A stretch of 24,000 bases of DNA from assembly GCF_006716235.1 (NCBI RefSeq), contig NZ_VFOR01000004.1, positions 94,145 through 118,144 of the forward strand, in the 5' to 3' direction. Shown here one piece after another: positions 22,827-24,000 of the stretch (the stretch's first letter is position 1; each line of letters begins with the position of its first letter). The notes beneath the pieces were generated by a model that made no database searches, was not told the DNA's origin, and saw nothing but the letters and a program-made list of their open reading frames with translations. The stretch is from Propioniferax innocua (GTDB lineage: Bacteria; Actinomycetota; Actinomycetes; Propionibacteriales; Propionibacteriaceae). The translations under genes and the position numbers were made by a program.

Positions 22827-23104
22827 CACCCGTGCTTGCGCAGTGCCTCGATCAGCTCGTCCTTGATCATCTGCGAACGGCCTTCGATGTCGAGTTCACG
22901 GGCGCGCCGTTCCAGTTCGTCCTTGGTGCGATCGGGATAGTCCCTTGCCTCACCGCCTCGCTGCCCGACCTCCGAACGGGAGGTGCGGGCGGCGGCGTTG
23001 GCGATGCGCGCGGACTTCTCCTTGCTGTTGCCCTCGTCGCGCAGCTTCTCGTACAGCTCGGCGTCCTTGACCGACGCCCCGGATTCCTGACGCTTCTCCG
23101 CCAC
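22826..23104 (-). CDS. Small Rho_N (SAP-like) domain protein (92 aa)
   Basis: Only the last 92 codons of track ORF 22826-23536 are plausible: VAEKRQESGASVKDAELYEKLRDEGNSKEKSARIANAAAR...TKDELERRARELDIEGRSQMIKDELIEALRKHG. The GTG at 23104 lies 4 nt after the DJ-1 stop. The sequence matches a widespread actinobacterial small-protein family from memory. Confidence 0.7.
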   Translation of the reverse strand: MAEKRQESGASVKDAELYEKLRDEGNSKEKSARIANAAARTSRSEVGQRGGEARDYPDRTKDELERRARELDIEGRSQMIKDELIEALRKHG

Positions 23105-23108
23105 GGCC

Positions 23109-23666
23109 TCAGGCCCCCGCCGATTTCGGCCCGTGGTTGAGGGCCTCGATGACGGCACCGTTGAAGGCGTCGAGGTCGTCAGGGTTCCTGGAGGTGATGA
23201 GGTTCCCGTCGGTGACGACGCGTTCATCCACGACGTCGGCTCCGGCGTTGCGGAGATCGGTGCGGATGCTGGGGTAGGAGGTGACGCGGCGTCCGGAGAT
23301 GACGTCGGCCTCGGCCAGGACCCACGGCCCGTGGCAGATGGCGGCCACGGGTTTGCCCGACAGCACGAAGTCCTTGACGAACTGAACGGCGTCCGCGTCG
23401 GTGCGCAGCAGATCGGGGTTGGCGACGCCGCCGGGCAGGACGAGAGCGTCGTAATCGTCGACCGAGGTCGCCGAGACCTCGACGTCGACGGGATAGGTGT
23501 TGGACCTGTCCAGATGGTTGAACGCCTGCACCTCACCTGACGCGGGACTGACCAGCGTCGGCGTGAAACCGGCGTCCTCCACGGCCTTCCACGGCGAGGT
23601 CAGCTCGACCTCCTCGATACCTTCGGCCGCGACCAGAAATGCAACCTTCTTCGTATCAGTAGCCAT
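23109..23666 (-). CDS. DJ-1/PfpI family protein (type 1 glutamine amidotransferase-like)
   Basis: The sequence is KKVAFLVAAEGIEEVELTSPWKAV...YDALVLPGGVANPDLLR...GKPVAAICHGPWVL (nucleophile elbow Cys-His)...TSRNPDDLDAFN. Confidence 0.9.
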   Translation of the reverse strand: MATDTKKVAFLVAAEGIEEVELTSPWKAVEDAGFTPTLVSPASGEVQAFNHLDRSNTYPVDVEVSATSVDDYDALVLPGGVANPDLLRTDADAVQFVKDFVLSGKPVAAICHGPWVLAEADVISGRRVTSYPSIRTDLRNAGADVVDERVVTDGNLITSRNPDDLDAFNGAVIEALNHGPKSAGA

Positions 23667-23901
23667 ATGTCGACAGTAACGCGTCTGGCGCGCGGGACAA
23701 GCTCAGGGGCAACCCGAGCGCCGAACTCGATCGCACACTTGGACATGGTTGGGATCACATTGTGTTTCCATTGCGATACACGTATAGACGTGAAGCAGAC
23801 CATGCGCAGGGCAGCCCTCCTGCTCAGGTAAGCAGAACCACCCGGGCCTCGTCATCGTGCTCGACGACATGGAGCCCCTTCATCGTCACCAAGGAGTGAC
23901 C

Positions 23902-24000
23902 ATGGAATTTCACGGCAGGCTCATGTTTCCCGCGTTGGCGGCCACTGACCGCGATGCTGTCCTCGCGGAGCTTGGCAACGCAGTCATCAATGCGGGGTCG
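23902..24000 (+). CDS. PTS EIIA-like (fructose/mannitol/PtsN-type) protein, 5' fragment
   Basis: AAGGAG lies 7 nt before the ATG. The sequence MEFHGRLMFPALAATDRDAVLAELGNAVINAGS resembles the EIIA-2 N-terminus. Only 33 codons are visible. Confidence 0.4.
   Translation, partial: MEFHGRLMFPALAATDRDAVLAELGNAVINAGS

Noticed and set aside
1-24000. Mobile elements, prophage, toxin-antitoxin, restriction-modification or other known defence modules, and tRNA/rRNA genes
   Set aside because: I found no transposase, integrase or recombinase-like translation. There are no terminal inverted repeats bracketing a segment and no cloverleaf-like or T-loop (GGTTCGAATCC-type) sequence in the intergenic regions. 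No compositional break is visible by eye beyond normal AT-richer promoters.

Overview
GC-rich actinobacterial chromosomal window with strong third-position G/C bias, densely coding. I support 21 protein-coding genes. I found no rRNA, tRNA, CRISPR, transposase, integrase, phage genes or recognisable defence-system genes.

Left to right:
(i) A minus-strand operon: an MMPL transporter (1919-4693) translationally coupled to a YhgE/Pip heptad-repeat membrane protein (1-1919). The Pip gene runs off the window and is not in the supplied ORF track. A TetR regulator (4882-5517) is divergent, with stacked palindromic operator candidates in between.
(ii) An orphan membrane-anchored protein with an anthrax-lethal-factor-like HExxH...YG...ExFAxA zinc-protease signature (5518-6936).
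(iii) The conserved actinobacterial envelope block DUF5318 - class A PBP - GT87 membrane glycosyltransferase (7105-12568). Here the GT87 module is fused to a PIG-V-like second GT-C module.
(iv) A Q/G/Y-rich DUF805 protein, followed by a 36-bp perfect palindrome and a 14-bp x ~6.6 tandem repeat.
(v) A same-strand run of nitronate monooxygenase, flavin-monooxygenase-like oxidoreductase, a 21-codon sORF and a phosphotriesterase-like lactonase. Its unusually long intergenic regions share a repeated motif.
(vi) A DUF2207-like protein, BrnQ, a divergent MntR/MntP pair, a divergent AraC/VOC pair, DJ-1/PfpI plus a small Rho_N-domain protein, and the start of a PTS EIIA-like gene.

Most of the window looks like ordinary core chromosome. 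The items most worth follow-up are the degenerate ABC-ATPase-like tail on the MMPL protein within the TetR-MMPL-Pip module, the ATLF-like membrane protease, the dual GT-C fusion, and the repeat structures at 13443-13570 and 14783-16364. I cannot demonstrate a complete novel multi-gene system from sequence alone.
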